This document shows positions 50,925 through 60,431 of a DNA stretch of 64,000 bases, piece by piece. The first letter of the stretch is position 1. Every line of letters begins with the position of its first letter. The translations under genes and the position numbers were made by a program. The DNA is from an uncultured delta proteobacterium (lineage in GTDB: Bacteria; Myxococcota; UBA727; VGSZ01), in the NCBI GenBank assembly GCA_963775425.1, contig CAVZJB010000005.1:640001-704000 (forward strand), given 5' to 3'. The notes below the pieces were generated by a model that was not told the DNA's origin, did not search any database, and saw only the letters and a list, made by a program, of their open reading frames with translations.

Positions 50925-52600
50925 AGGTTCCGCGCGATGTAGCCCCAGCAGATCGAGTGCCCCGCACCGTCGAGCGCGCACACGTGCGTGTCGCCGACGC
51001 TCACCGCCGTCGCGGCGAGGTTGCTCGGCACCGTGGCCTGGCCCCACTCGTCGTTCCCCCAACACAACAGAGCGCCGCCCGTCGTGAGGCCGCATGTCTC
51101 TTCACCGCCGGCCGCGAGGCTCCGGAAGGTCGTCGCGGGAGGCTCCGTCTGCCCGTAGTTGTCGAGGCCCCAGCAGGTGGCGCGCCCCTGGGCGTCGAGG
51201 GCGCAGTTGTGGTGACGTCCCGCCACGACGCTGACGAAGACGCCGGCCGGTGGCGTGGTCTTGTGCGCGTAGGGGCGCCCCCAGCACGCGATGGTCCCGT
51301 CCGTACGAAGCGCGCAGGAGTGGTCATAGCCGGTGGTGACCGAGGCGTACGTCCCCGGCGGCACGTCGAGCTGGTGGTGGTTGTTCGCCCCCCAGCATGA
51401 GATCTGACCCTTCTCGTCGAGCGCGCAGGAGTGGAAACCTCCCGATGCGATCTGCACGAAAGGCCCCGCGGGGCTGTCGCATTGGCCGAAGCTGTTGGAG
51501 CCCCAGCACTTGACGGTGCCGGAGAGCCCGAGGGTGCACACGTGCGCTTCGCCGGAAGACACGGCCGCGATCGAGCTCGGCAGGGGCGTCGCTTGCCCAA
51601 CGTCATTCCGGCCGAAGCAGGCCACCGACGAGGTGCCGGCGACGAGCCCGCACGCGTAACGCTTCCCGGCGGAGATCGTCCGGTAGAGGAGGCGCGGGGC
51701 GTCGGCCTGTGCGTAGTTGGTCTTCCCCCAGCAATCGATCTGTCCGCTGCTGGTGAGTGCGCAGGCGGACTCATTGCCGACCGCGAGCGCGACGTAGTCG
51801 CTTCCTGTCGGAGGTGACGCCCGCCCGTCCGCGTCGTCTCCCCAACACACGAGGCTCCCCCCCGTTGTCAAGGCGCAGGTGTGCTCGTTTCCGCCGTCCA
51901 CCTGCTTGACGGGCGGCAGGTCCGCAGGGACGTCGGTCTGGCCGTAGACGTTGCGTCCCCAGCACTCGACGTCGCCGTTCCTGCGGACGGCGCACGCGTG
52001 TTTGTCGCCGGCGCCGACGCTCGCGAACTCGCCGTCCGGCGGCGTCGTCTGACCTGCGCTGTCGCGCCCCCAACAGACGACGGCGCTGTGTGGCGTGCGC
52101 ACGCCGCAGGTGAAGTCGCCACCGCCGGCGATCTGCGTGAAGTGTGCTCCGTCGGGGGGTACGAGCTGTCCGAATTCGTTGCTGCCCCAGCACACCGGCT
52201 TCCGATTCGCAGACGGGATGCCGCAGGCGTGGTCGTTGCCGGCGGCGATGCTCGAGAAGCGCTCGTCCGCGGGCGCTGCCGTCTGCCCGAGGTTGTCGAT
52301 GCCCCAGCACTGCGTGGTCCCCGACCGCAAGCCGCAGGTGAAGCGGCTGCCGGCGGCGACCTGTTCGAAGCCGGTGAGCGAGGGAGGAATCGATTGATCG
52401 TAGTTGTCGAGGCCCCAACAACCGATGCCTCCGTCCGACCGCAGCGCGCATGCGTGGCCGTTGCCGACGGAGATCGCCTGCATCGTCGTGTCCTGTGCGA
52501 GGAGCGCGAACGCGGGGGTCCCGGTGATTGCTTCGTCGAGGCCCGCCGTGCCGCCGCACGCCGCCGTCCCCATGCATGCCAGGGCTACGAGGAGCCGCAT
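50921..52600 (-). CDS. RCC1/BLIP-II repeat lipoprotein
   Basis: Lipobox-like TAAC; about 14 repeats of G..HACA..G...CWG.N..GQ. Confidence 0.92.
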   Translation of the reverse strand: MRLLVALACMGTAACGGTAGLDEAITGTPAFALLAQDTTMQAISVGNGHACALRSDGGIGCWGLDNYDQSIPPSLTGFEQVAAGSRFTCGLRSGTTQCWGIDNLGQTAAPADERFSSIAAGNDHACGIPSANRKPVCWGSNEFGQLVPPDGAHFTQIAGGGDFTCGVRTPHSAVVCWGRDSAGQTTPPDGEFASVGAGDKHACAVRRNGDVECWGRNVYGQTDVPADLPPVKQVDGGNEHTCALTTGGSLVCWGDDADGRASPPTGSDYVALAVGNESACALTSSGQIDCWGKTNYAQADAPRLLYRTISAGKRYACGLVAGTSSVACFGRNDVGQATPLPSSIAAVSSGEAHVCTLGLSGTVKCWGSNSFGQCDSPAGPFVQIASGGFHSCALDEKGQISCWGANNHHQLDVPPGTYASVTTGYDHSCALRTDGTIACWGRPYAHKTTPPAGVFVSVVAGRHHNCALDAQGRATCWGLDNYGQTEPPATTFRSLAAGGEETCGLTTGGALLCWGNDEWGQATVPSNLAATAVSVGDTHVCALDGAGHSICWGYIARNL

Positions 52601-52610
52601 TCCAACGACG

Positions 52611-55139
52611 CTAACGCGTGCGTTCGACCGTCGCGCGTTTGTTGCCGCGCTTGCTACTGATCGAGTCAGCGGGTCGCGCGTCCGCCGCGACGACTTCGCG
52701 CGGGAGCAGGAGTCCCCTCGGATCGGTGGCTGCCCACGGCGGAACCGTCAGGAGGTCGATCTCCCCCAGGCAGGCGCGGTAGCTCCACAGCGTTCCGTCC
52801 TGTCCCGCGGCGACGGGTACGGAAAAGTAGTCGTCCGCCGTCTGCGCGCTGAAGAGCACCTCGCCATTCGGGCCTGCGACGCGGCAGCTCGCGCTCGTGT
52901 GGTACCCGCCGACGACCTTGGTGCCTTTGGGGACGTAGAAGTAGGCAGACCGTCTCCCGCCGTGCGGCGTCACGGCGTCGTCGACGGTCGGAACGGGGCC
53001 ACCGACCCACCGCACCTGTGCTCCGTTGTCGCCGTCGACGATGACGCGGAACACGCCGGGCGCGTTCGCGCGGAGGGTGACTCCGTGCGTCGCTCCGTCG
53101 GCGGGCACGTCGGCGTGGTCGATGGCCCTCGCCCCGGCGCCTCGCGCGCCCGCCAGCAGCGTCACCTCGACACTGCGGTCGTCGCTGTTCACCTTGTTCG
53201 CCTTGACCTCGAGCGCGACGCGGGGCGTCGGCCCGACGAGCGAGACGAAGTAGACGCGCTGGCCACGCCCGATCTCGTCCATCTTGAAGGGGGGCGCCGC
53301 GAGCTCCAGGGGCTTCGCCGCGGGCACGAGATCGTCGCTGAATCGTCTCTCGTCGAAGCCGCGGGCGGGGTTGGCCGCGCTGCCACGCTTGATGAAGTCA
53401 AGGATCTCGCTCGCTGCGAAGGGGGTGCTGCTCTTCCACGGGTTCTTCCCCTCGGGGACGGACCATGCCGCATCAACAGGGACGGCGATTTGCTTGTCGC
53501 GCTTGGGCAGGTCCCGATAGAGCGCCTTGACGTGGACCATCATCGTGCCCCGCATTCGGTACGCGTGACGGATCAAGCGCTCGAAAGCGGCTTGCCGCTC
53601 GGCACCGCTCGCGGTGTTGTACGCACGAAACAGCTCGACGTACCTCGCGTAGAGAACGAGCGCGTCGAGCCGTTGCCGGACGTCGCGATCGATCGGCGTT
53701 CGGAGCGCTTCGTCGAGGAGGCGGTACATCTCGCCTACGACGTGCGTGGACACGAGCGCACCCCGGGTGGGGTCGAGGAGCGCGTAGAATCGACGCATGA
53801 CGGGAGCGGCGCGCGTGAACGACCTCTCTAAGAAGTCCGCCTCGATCTGCGGGACGTGCGTCGTCTCGTCCACGTCCCACAGAGAGCGCGCCGCGACGAA
53901 GTAGCCGAGGCCGCTGGGGCCCCAATTGCTTCCTGCTTCGGCGACGAAGAAGCGCGCCCCGAGCGCGTGGTAGTGCGCGATGGAGGTAGCGAGTCGCTCG
54001 AGGTTGCTCACCGGCGGGCGCCCCGGGAGGTCGCGGTCCCATTGATTCACGCTGAAGTAGTCGCGGATCCCGAAGTCCTCGACGCCGGCATTGCGCCAGC
54101 CGGCGATGGTCTCCTCGACGCTGTAGCCGTGGCGGTAGCGCGTGGCGATGCTGACGATGAGGCCGCGGTGCGCGCGTACCCGGGCAGGCGCCGGCGTGTG
54201 GTCGGCGTACGCGTAGAAGGCGACGCGCTTGAGAGGGTATTGCGCGCGAACGGCATCCGCGACGTCGTTGGCCAGCAGAAGCACCCGGTCGCTCGGTGAC
54301 CCGAAGCCGACGCACGTGTCACACGTGCACCAGCCGAGGCCGTCCGAAGGCTCGGCCGACACAGAGTCCAGGTGCGGATTCCCACGAATCAAGTCGAGGG
54401 CATCCTTGACGAACAGGGCGCGGAGTCCGGGGTTGGTGAGACAGAGCTTCTTCCCCTTGCGCTCCCCGTCGACGAGCGCGAGGTACTCGGGGTGCTCTTT
54501 CAGCTCTTGCGTGTGGCGCTGTACGAACGCCTTGAACGCGTGGCCGGTGCTCAGCGAGAACGCACCGGGGATCCTGTTCTTCTTTCGCCAGTCGGCGAAC
54601 GCGTCGCGGTCGTGATCCCACATGCCGAACCCGACGAAGATCTGACGCGTGAGGAAGTCCGGCTGCTCGAGCGCATCGACGGCCACGCCGAGCTTCGGCT
54701 CATGCGGCACAATCTCCCAGGTGGCCCCCGGGAAGAACTGGCGGTAGCCGAGGCGATAGGCGAGCCCCCAGACTGCGTCCTCGACGCCCATAGGGGCGGC
54801 CGCGACGACGAAGACACCGCCGGGGTGCGAGCGCAGCACGTATTGCTCGCGGCGCACGAGCTCATCCTTCGAGAAGCGTTCGTCGAGCCCGAGCGCCGGG
54901 AAGTCGGCGACGACGCCGACCGCGATGCCGGTCCTGCCGTCGCCGACCTGCACGCTGAACGTCGCGCCGGTGATGCGTGAAAGGAGCTGAGCGAGCTCCT
55001 CCGCCGCGTGACGGACGTCGGCGGCAGCGCGTGCGCCGACGACGACGGGCATGAGGGCGCGCCCCTTTTCAGCGAGCGAAGTCGGCGCGGCGACTGCGGG
55101 GACGGCGCTGGTCGCGGCGCCGGCGACGAGGAGAAGCAA
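52611..55139 (-). CDS. Secreted DUF4838-like protein (glycosidase-like N-terminus)
   Basis: Signal peptide; AAEELAQLLSRITGA; HPEYLALVDGER..LCLTNP; DGLGWCTCDTC; AFYAY. Confidence 0.75.
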   Translation of the reverse strand: MLLLVAGAATSAVPAVAAPTSLAEKGRALMPVVVGARAAADVRHAAEELAQLLSRITGATFSVQVGDGRTGIAVGVVADFPALGLDERFSKDELVRREQYVLRSHPGGVFVVAAAPMGVEDAVWGLAYRLGYRQFFPGATWEIVPHEPKLGVAVDALEQPDFLTRQIFVGFGMWDHDRDAFADWRKKNRIPGAFSLSTGHAFKAFVQRHTQELKEHPEYLALVDGERKGKKLCLTNPGLRALFVKDALDLIRGNPHLDSVSAEPSDGLGWCTCDTCVGFGSPSDRVLLLANDVADAVRAQYPLKRVAFYAYADHTPAPARVRAHRGLIVSIATRYRHGYSVEETIAGWRNAGVEDFGIRDYFSVNQWDRDLPGRPPVSNLERLATSIAHYHALGARFFVAEAGSNWGPSGLGYFVAARSLWDVDETTHVPQIEADFLERSFTRAAPVMRRFYALLDPTRGALVSTHVVGEMYRLLDEALRTPIDRDVRQRLDALVLYARYVELFRAYNTASGAERQAAFERLIRHAYRMRGTMMVHVKALYRDLPKRDKQIAVPVDAAWSVPEGKNPWKSSTPFAASEILDFIKRGSAANPARGFDERRFSDDLVPAAKPLELAAPPFKMDEIGRGQRVYFVSLVGPTPRVALEVKANKVNSDDRSVEVTLLAGARGAGARAIDHADVPADGATHGVTLRANAPGVFRVIVDGDNGAQVRWVGGPVPTVDDAVTPHGGRRSAYFYVPKGTKVVGGYHTSASCRVAGPNGEVLFSAQTADDYFSVPVAAGQDGTLWSYRACLGEIDLLTVPPWAATDPRGLLLPREVVAADARPADSISSKRGNKRATVERTR

Positions 55140-55318
55140 GAGGGTGCGGGGCAGGCTGAGCCTCCAACGCGGCTGAGGTTGCCGCGCGTGACGACGGACG
55201 GCAACGCGAAGGAACCGAGCCCCGCGACCAGAGAGCCACGGCCCAGACTGCCCCGCTGCCGTCCGGCCGGATCATCGACGAGCGACCAGCGGTCGGCGGA
55301 CCGTCGGCTCTCCGGGGA

Positions 55319-56038
55319 TCAGCGCTGGTGCGCCTCGGTCTTCATGTCATGCAGCACGCTGCCCGCTCCCATGGCGCCGACCCACGCAAGCAAGAGGACG
55401 ACGATGTACGGCACCACCCCGCGCGCGTCGGCCTTGCGCACGACGACGTCGGCGGCGAGCACCCTCGTGTGCAGGATGGTCGACCAGATCAAGCCCCCGG
55501 CGAGCGCGCCGACGCCGATCGTCGTGCGCGGGAGCTCGTGGAGGAGGTAGGGCGAAAAGACGCCGCCGACGACGACGAGCATGCCGAGCATCAAGCCAGC
55601 CGAGATGAGCCGCTCCCGCGGCCCGAGGGCCGGGTGCCGCAACGCCAGAAGGCCGATGCCGAGCCAGACGGCTCCGCCGTCGATGAGGAACCCGCGGATG
55701 GCGAGGTGGAAGAGGTCGTGGTCGTGCGGCGCCGCGACCACCGCGAGCAGCGGACCGTCGACGAGGAGCACCAAAGCCGCGGGGATGGACCGGGGCAGCC
55801 GCGTGTACATCGCGAGCACCGAGAGCTGCACGGCCACGGCCGCGGCGCCGACGATGAAGAACACCAGCGCCGCGGCGTCCGTCAGCGCCGCCGGTACCGG
55901 ATAGCCGTACGTGTCGAGCACGTAGAAGGTCGCGGGGGCGGCGAGGAGCCCGACGTAGACGAGGCTCACCCAGCCGATGGCGTGCGCGATGCGCACGGGC
56001 AGCGTGAGGGCGGCGGGCTGCGGCGTCTCGGTGGGCAC
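55319..56038 (-). CDS. Hypothetical membrane protein
   Basis: About 7 hydrophobic segments. Confidence 0.75.
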   Translation of the reverse strand: MPTETPQPAALTLPVRIAHAIGWVSLVYVGLLAAPATFYVLDTYGYPVPAALTDAAALVFFIVGAAAVAVQLSVLAMYTRLPRSIPAALVLLVDGPLLAVVAAPHDHDLFHLAIRGFLIDGGAVWLGIGLLALRHPALGPRERLISAGLMLGMLVVVGGVFSPYLLHELPRTTIGVGALAGGLIWSTILHTRVLAADVVVRKADARGVVPYIVVLLLAWVGAMGAGSVLHDMKTEAHQR

Positions 56039-56050
56039 TCCGCCTGAAGA

Positions 56051-56854
56051 TTATCCGCTCGTGCGCTCGAGGAACGCGACGACGGCGGGCGAGACCACCT
56101 CGGGGTATTCGGCCTGCGGATAGTGCCCGCCGCCGGGAACCAAGAGCACGTCGCCGCGCACGCGCTCCGCGAGCCCGCGCGCCTCGGCGGAGGGATCGGG
56201 GAAGTCCGGGTCGCGCTCGCCCATCACGACCAGCGTCGGCGCCTTCACCTCGTCAAGCCGCGCTTCGACGGGTGCGTGCGAGGTGTGCGTCGTCGCGCGG
56301 AACGCGCGGAAGTGGCCGCGCCGCCGCAGGCTCGCCGCGATGCGCGCGCGGTGCTCGGCGAGGTCCGCGGGCGGCCGCCCGGGGTAGAGCTTCGGGTAGT
56401 ACGCCTGCCACGCCGCGCGGCCCCACGGCCAGGCCATCGCCGCGCGAAACGCCAGCGTCATGAACGCGCCCACGGGGACGTCCCGCACGAACGGCCCCAG
56501 GAGCACCAGCGCCTTCACCTTCGCCGGCGCCTCCGCGGCCGCCCACGCCGCGGCGCCGGCGCCCATGGAGTTTCCGACGACGACGGCGGGGCCGCCGAGG
56601 GCGTCGATGAGCGCGAGCACGTCGCTGCCGGCGGCGACGTCGTCGTACCGGGCGAACGTCGCGTCGCTGTCACCGTGACCCCGCAGGTCCATGGCGGCAA
56701 CGCGATAGCCGGCGTCGACGAGCGCGGGCGTCAGGAAGCGATAGACGGACCGCAGGTCGCCCATGCCGGGGACGCAGACGGCGAGCGGGCCGTCGTCGCC
56801 GCTGAGGTTGTAGGCGATTCGGCCCTCGCCACGGTCGAGGAAACGCGTCTCCAT
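56051..56854 (-). CDS. Alpha/beta hydrolase
   Basis: DLRGHGDS, GNSMG, GERD, GHY. Confidence 0.93.
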   Translation of the reverse strand: METRFLDRGEGRIAYNLSGDDGPLAVCVPGMGDLRSVYRFLTPALVDAGYRVAAMDLRGHGDSDATFARYDDVAAGSDVLALIDALGGPAVVVGNSMGAGAAAWAAAEAPAKVKALVLLGPFVRDVPVGAFMTLAFRAAMAWPWGRAAWQAYYPKLYPGRPPADLAEHRARIAASLRRRGHFRAFRATTHTSHAPVEARLDEVKAPTLVVMGERDPDFPDPSAEARGLAERVRGDVLLVPGGGHYPQAEYPEVVSPAVVAFLERTSG

Positions 56855-56882
56855 ACGCCGATCGAAGCAACCGAGGAGCGCT

Positions 56883-56950
56883 TGATCAAGCGACCGGAGG
56901 AGCGGCCGCGCTGAGCAAGCGACCGGAGGGAGCGGCCGCGCTGATCAAGT
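56883..56950. repeat. 29-30 bp intergenic tandem repeat (2 full copies plus a partial)
   Basis: tgatcaagcgaccggaggagcggccgcgc / tgagcaagcgaccggagggagcggccgcgc / tgatcaag. Confidence 0.85.
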
Positions 56951-57382
56951 CGCGTCGCCGAAGGTGGCGCGCAGCCCGGCGGCGAGGGTGGCGCGCTCGG
57001 CGGCGGTCAGCTTGGCGTCGCTGTGCATGATCACGTAGATGTCGAGGGGCATCTCCCGCTCCTCGACCTCCTGCGCCGCCTTTTTCGCCCGCTTCTGCGG
57101 GTGCGCCTGGTCCCACGTGGAGAAGTTGAGGTGCCGGCGGCCGTCGTCGACGTCGTCCTGCACGAGCCAGGACACCGGCGCCACCGTCGAGTACCAGGGC
57201 CAGACGGTCTCGTTGCTGTGGCAGTCGAAGCACGCCCGCTTCGCCAGCGCGCGCACCTCGGGCGAGCTCCACGTGGGCTCGGCCACCACCGCGGGATTTT
57301 CGTGGTCGCGGCCATAGGGGATGAGCTGCGCGACGATGAGGACGACGGCGAGGCCGGCCAGGATGCGGATGGTCCACTTCAC
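56945..57382 (-). CDS. Heme-binding domain protein (single CXXCH)
   Basis: RACFDCHSNET.WPWYS..P.SWL..DV..GR..LNFS; EMP; GTG overlaps upstream stop. Confidence 0.88.
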   Translation of the reverse strand: MKWTIRILAGLAVVLIVAQLIPYGRDHENPAVVAEPTWSSPEVRALAKRACFDCHSNETVWPWYSTVAPVSWLVQDDVDDGRRHLNFSTWDQAHPQKRAKKAAQEVEEREMPLDIYVIMHSDAKLTAAERATLAAGLRATFGDAT

Positions 57383-58137
57383 GATGCGTGGTGGAATACC
57401 ATGACCCAGACGTCGTAGAGGGCGTGGGTGTACGCCGCCACGGCCAGGCCACGGGTCTGGAAGATCACGGCGAAGAGCATGCCGGCGAAGATGCGGAACA
57501 CGAACGCCTGCATGGTGAAGGGCTCGGTGATGTGGTGCGCCGCCGAGAACAGCACGCTCGAGGCCACGATGGCGATGACGGCGGCGAGGAAGCGCGGCAT
57601 GGACAGGCCGCGCGTGAGCGCGAAAAACAGCCCGCCCATCAAGAAGCCGCGGAACACGATCTCCTCGTAAAAGCCCGCCCCCGCGCTCATCACGAGCTTG
57701 TCGACGAGGGTCATCGGGTGCTTGGCCACGGCGGCCGCGGAGAGCAGCCCGCCGAGCCCGAGCACGTTGATGAGCGCGATGACGGCGGTGCCGAGGAGCA
57801 CCGCATACAGCCCGGACTCGAGGATCATCCACGGGATGGCGCGCGCCTCGAAGTGGCCGCGCTTGCGCATCACCAGGATGGCGACGATGAAGGCGACGAG
57901 CACCGCGCCGTTGAAGGCGAAGTACCAGGTGATGTCGCCGCCGAGCGCGGTGAACAGCAGGTTGGAGACGAAGTCGACGCCGTTGCGCATCCCGCCCGTG
58001 GCCAGGATGCCGATCTGGTACGCGAGGAAGAGCGGCAGCACGAGCACCACGCTCGTGAACGGGTCCCGCGTGGCCTTCAGGTAGGAGCGGAACCCGCCCT
58101 TCGACTCACCCAACGACACCTCCGCAACATTCATCAT
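57379..58137 (-). CDS. CPBP (CAAX/Abi) intramembrane glutamic protease
   Basis: YEEIVFR, FSAAHH, HALYD. Confidence 0.9.
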   Translation of the reverse strand: MMNVAEVSLGESKGGFRSYLKATRDPFTSVVLVLPLFLAYQIGILATGGMRNGVDFVSNLLFTALGGDITWYFAFNGAVLVAFIVAILVMRKRGHFEARAIPWMILESGLYAVLLGTAVIALINVLGLGGLLSAAAVAKHPMTLVDKLVMSAGAGFYEEIVFRGFLMGGLFFALTRGLSMPRFLAAVIAIVASSVLFSAAHHITEPFTMQAFVFRIFAGMLFAVIFQTRGLAVAAYTHALYDVWVMVFHHAS

Positions 58138-58217
58138 CGCGTCTCTACCCCGGCTCGACAAGGCGCACGCGGCCGTTAGTCTCTCTCGTCGACAGCACAA
58201 CGCCCCGAAGGATCCCC

Positions 58218-59285
58218 TTGTTCCGCATCGGCCGCCACGAGATCGACCCACCCTGGCTGCTCGCGCCCATGGCCAGCGTGAGCGAGATGCCCTTTCGCGT
58301 CATCGCGCTCGAGATGGGCGCGGGGCTCGCCACCACGGAGCTCATCTCGTCGAGCGGCATCTTCTACAAGAACCGCCGTACGCGGCAGTACATGACGTTC
58401 GACCGCGCGCGCGAGCGGCCCTACTCGCTGCAGCTCTTCGGCGGCGACATCGACAAGATGGCCCACGCCGCGCGCGTCGCCGCCGAGCACGGCGCGGACA
58501 TCGTCGACATCAACATGGGCTGCCCGGTGAAGAAGGTGACCACCACCGGCTCCGGCTCGTCGCTCCTGTGCGATCCCGCGCGCGCCGCGCGGATGGTGGA
58601 GGCCATGCGCAGAGCCGTCGACGACAAGGTCCCCATCACGGCGAAGATCCGCTCGGGCTGGGATCAAAACAGCGTCAACGCCGTCGAGATGGGCAAGGTC
58701 CTCGAGGGCGCCGGCTGCGCCGCCATGGCCATCCACGGCCGCACGCGGCAGCAGGGCTACTCCGGCCTCGCCAACTGGGACCTCATCGGCGAGGTGAAGA
58801 ACGCCGTGAAGATGCCCATCATCGGAAACGGCGACGTCAACACCGTCGACGACGCGCACCGCATGCGCGCCCACACCGGGTGCGACGCGGTGATGATCGG
58901 CCGCGGCGCCCTCGGCAACCCGTGGCTGTTCCGCGCGCTCCGCGAGGGCAGGGACGCGACGCCGTCGCCGGCGGAGCGGCTGGCGCTCATCCTCAGGCAC
59001 CTGAAGGACCACGTGGCGTTCCACGAGTCCCTCGACGCCGACCCCGGGCGCGCGCTGCGGACGCCGCCAGCGGTGATGGCGACGAGGACGTTCCGCCAGC
59101 ACCTCGTGTGGTACTCGCGCGGCCTGCGCGGCGGCAAGGAGTTCCGCCGCGACGTGCTCACGCTCGACGACCCGAGCGCCGTCGTCGACCAGCTCCAGCG
59201 GTTCTTCGCGGTGGCCGAGCCCGAGGTGAAGGAGGCCGGCATGGCCGAGCCCGAGGGCGTCGCCTACCACGCCGCCTTCGGCTGA
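58218..59285 (+). CDS. dusB: tRNA-dihydrouridine synthase
   Basis: LAPMA, QLFG, DINMGCP, KIRSGWD, HGRT, NGDV, MIGRG. Confidence 0.93.
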   Translation: MFRIGRHEIDPPWLLAPMASVSEMPFRVIALEMGAGLATTELISSSGIFYKNRRTRQYMTFDRARERPYSLQLFGGDIDKMAHAARVAAEHGADIVDINMGCPVKKVTTTGSGSSLLCDPARAARMVEAMRRAVDDKVPITAKIRSGWDQNSVNAVEMGKVLEGAGCAAMAIHGRTRQQGYSGLANWDLIGEVKNAVKMPIIGNGDVNTVDDAHRMRAHTGCDAVMIGRGALGNPWLFRALREGRDATPSPAERLALILRHLKDHVAFHESLDADPGRALRTPPAVMATRTFRQHLVWYSRGLRGGKEFRRDVLTLDDPSAVVDQLQRFFAVAEPEVKEAGMAEPEGVAYHAAFG

Positions 59286-59435
59286 CTTGAGCGGCGTTAC
59301 GACATTCTCGGCGGGACGACGTTTGTCGTCGACGACGACCTCGTGCCCCGCCGTTGTCGCATCGGGGCGACGGCCGGTGCCGTCGTCGCCGCACACGTCG
59401 ACACGGCACGCGCGACGTCCGCCTGGCCTCCCGAC

Positions 59436-59459
59436 GCGGGGGACAAGCCCCCGCCCTAC
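59436..59459 (-). repeat. GTAG-type REP-like palindrome
   Basis: Minus strand reads GTAG-G-GCGGGGG-CTTGT-CCCCCGC, between convergent dusB and fabI. Confidence 0.55.
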
Positions 59460-59508
59460 GGGGCGTCGGGGGACAACCCGGACAACCCCCCGCCCCCGCC
59501 GTGAATGT

Positions 59509-60378
59509 CTACGCGCCCATGGCGTGGAAGCCGGCGTCGACGTGGAGGCACTCGCCGGTGATGTTGCGGGCCAGGTCCGAGCACAAAAACACCGCCGCGT
59601 TGGCGACGTCCTCGGCGTCGATGGGCCGGCGCAGCGGCGAGCGCTTGCCGGTCTCCTCCGCCATGGTCTGGATGTCGCCCACGGCCTTGGCCGCGCGCGA
59701 CGCGTAGGGCCCCGCCGAGATGACGTTCACGCGGTGGCCCTCCTCGCCCACGAACCACGACAGCGTGCGCGCGTCGGACTCGAGCGCCGCCTTGGCCGAG
59801 GCCATGCCGCCGCCGTAGTAGGGAACCACGCGCTCGCCGGCGAGGTAGCTGAGGGCGATGAAGGCGCCGCCGCGCCCCTTCATGAGCGGGCCGAAGGCGC
59901 GGGCGAGGGCCACCAGCGAGTAGGAGGACACGCTCATGGCAGTCAGGTACGCGCCACGGCTCGTCTCGAGGTGCGTCTTGGCGATCTCGGGCGAGAACGC
60001 CACCGAGTGCACCACGACGTCGACGGCGGAGGTGAGCTCCTGCACCCTGGCGACGCAGCCGGCGATGGAGACGTCGCCGTCGTAGCCCTTGGTGGCGCGC
60101 TGCGCGGGGCTGATGTCCGCCTCGGTGTCGATGGAGACGTCGCAGGGCAGGATGGCCTTCGGCTTGAATTCGCCGGCCCCGAAGGGCAGCTTGCGGCTCT
60201 CCGCGTTCTGCGCGCGCGTCATGATGCGCTCGACGATGGAGAGCACGCGCGGATGGCAGCCGAGGATCACCTCGGCGCCCGCGGCCTGGAGCGCACAGGC
60301 GATGTGCCACGCGAACCCGACGTCGTCCGCGACACCGGTGACGAATGCGGTCTTGCCCTTGAAGTCGATGGGGATCAT
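59509..60378 (-). CDS. fabI: Enoyl-ACP reductase (plant/chlamydial-like)
   Basis: GVADDVGFAWHIA, HSVAFSPEI, SSYSL, YGGGMASAKAALE, VNVISAGPYASRAA. Confidence 0.9.
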   Translation of the reverse strand: MIPIDFKGKTAFVTGVADDVGFAWHIACALQAAGAEVILGCHPRVLSIVERIMTRAQNAESRKLPFGAGEFKPKAILPCDVSIDTEADISPAQRATKGYDGDVSIAGCVARVQELTSAVDVVVHSVAFSPEIAKTHLETSRGAYLTAMSVSSYSLVALARAFGPLMKGRGGAFIALSYLAGERVVPYYGGGMASAKAALESDARTLSWFVGEEGHRVNVISAGPYASRAAKAVGDIQTMAEETGKRSPLRRPIDAEDVANAAVFLCSDLARNITGECLHVDAGFHAMGA

Positions 60379-60431
60379 GAACCGGGCGTTAAACTTGACG
60401 TCGTCGACGTACAAGGGGGAGCCTCCCGATC

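Noticed and set aside
18168-55318. Mobile genomic island with att sites
   Set aside because: The composition shift suggests foreign origin, but no integrase, transposase, tRNA or flanking direct repeat was found by eye
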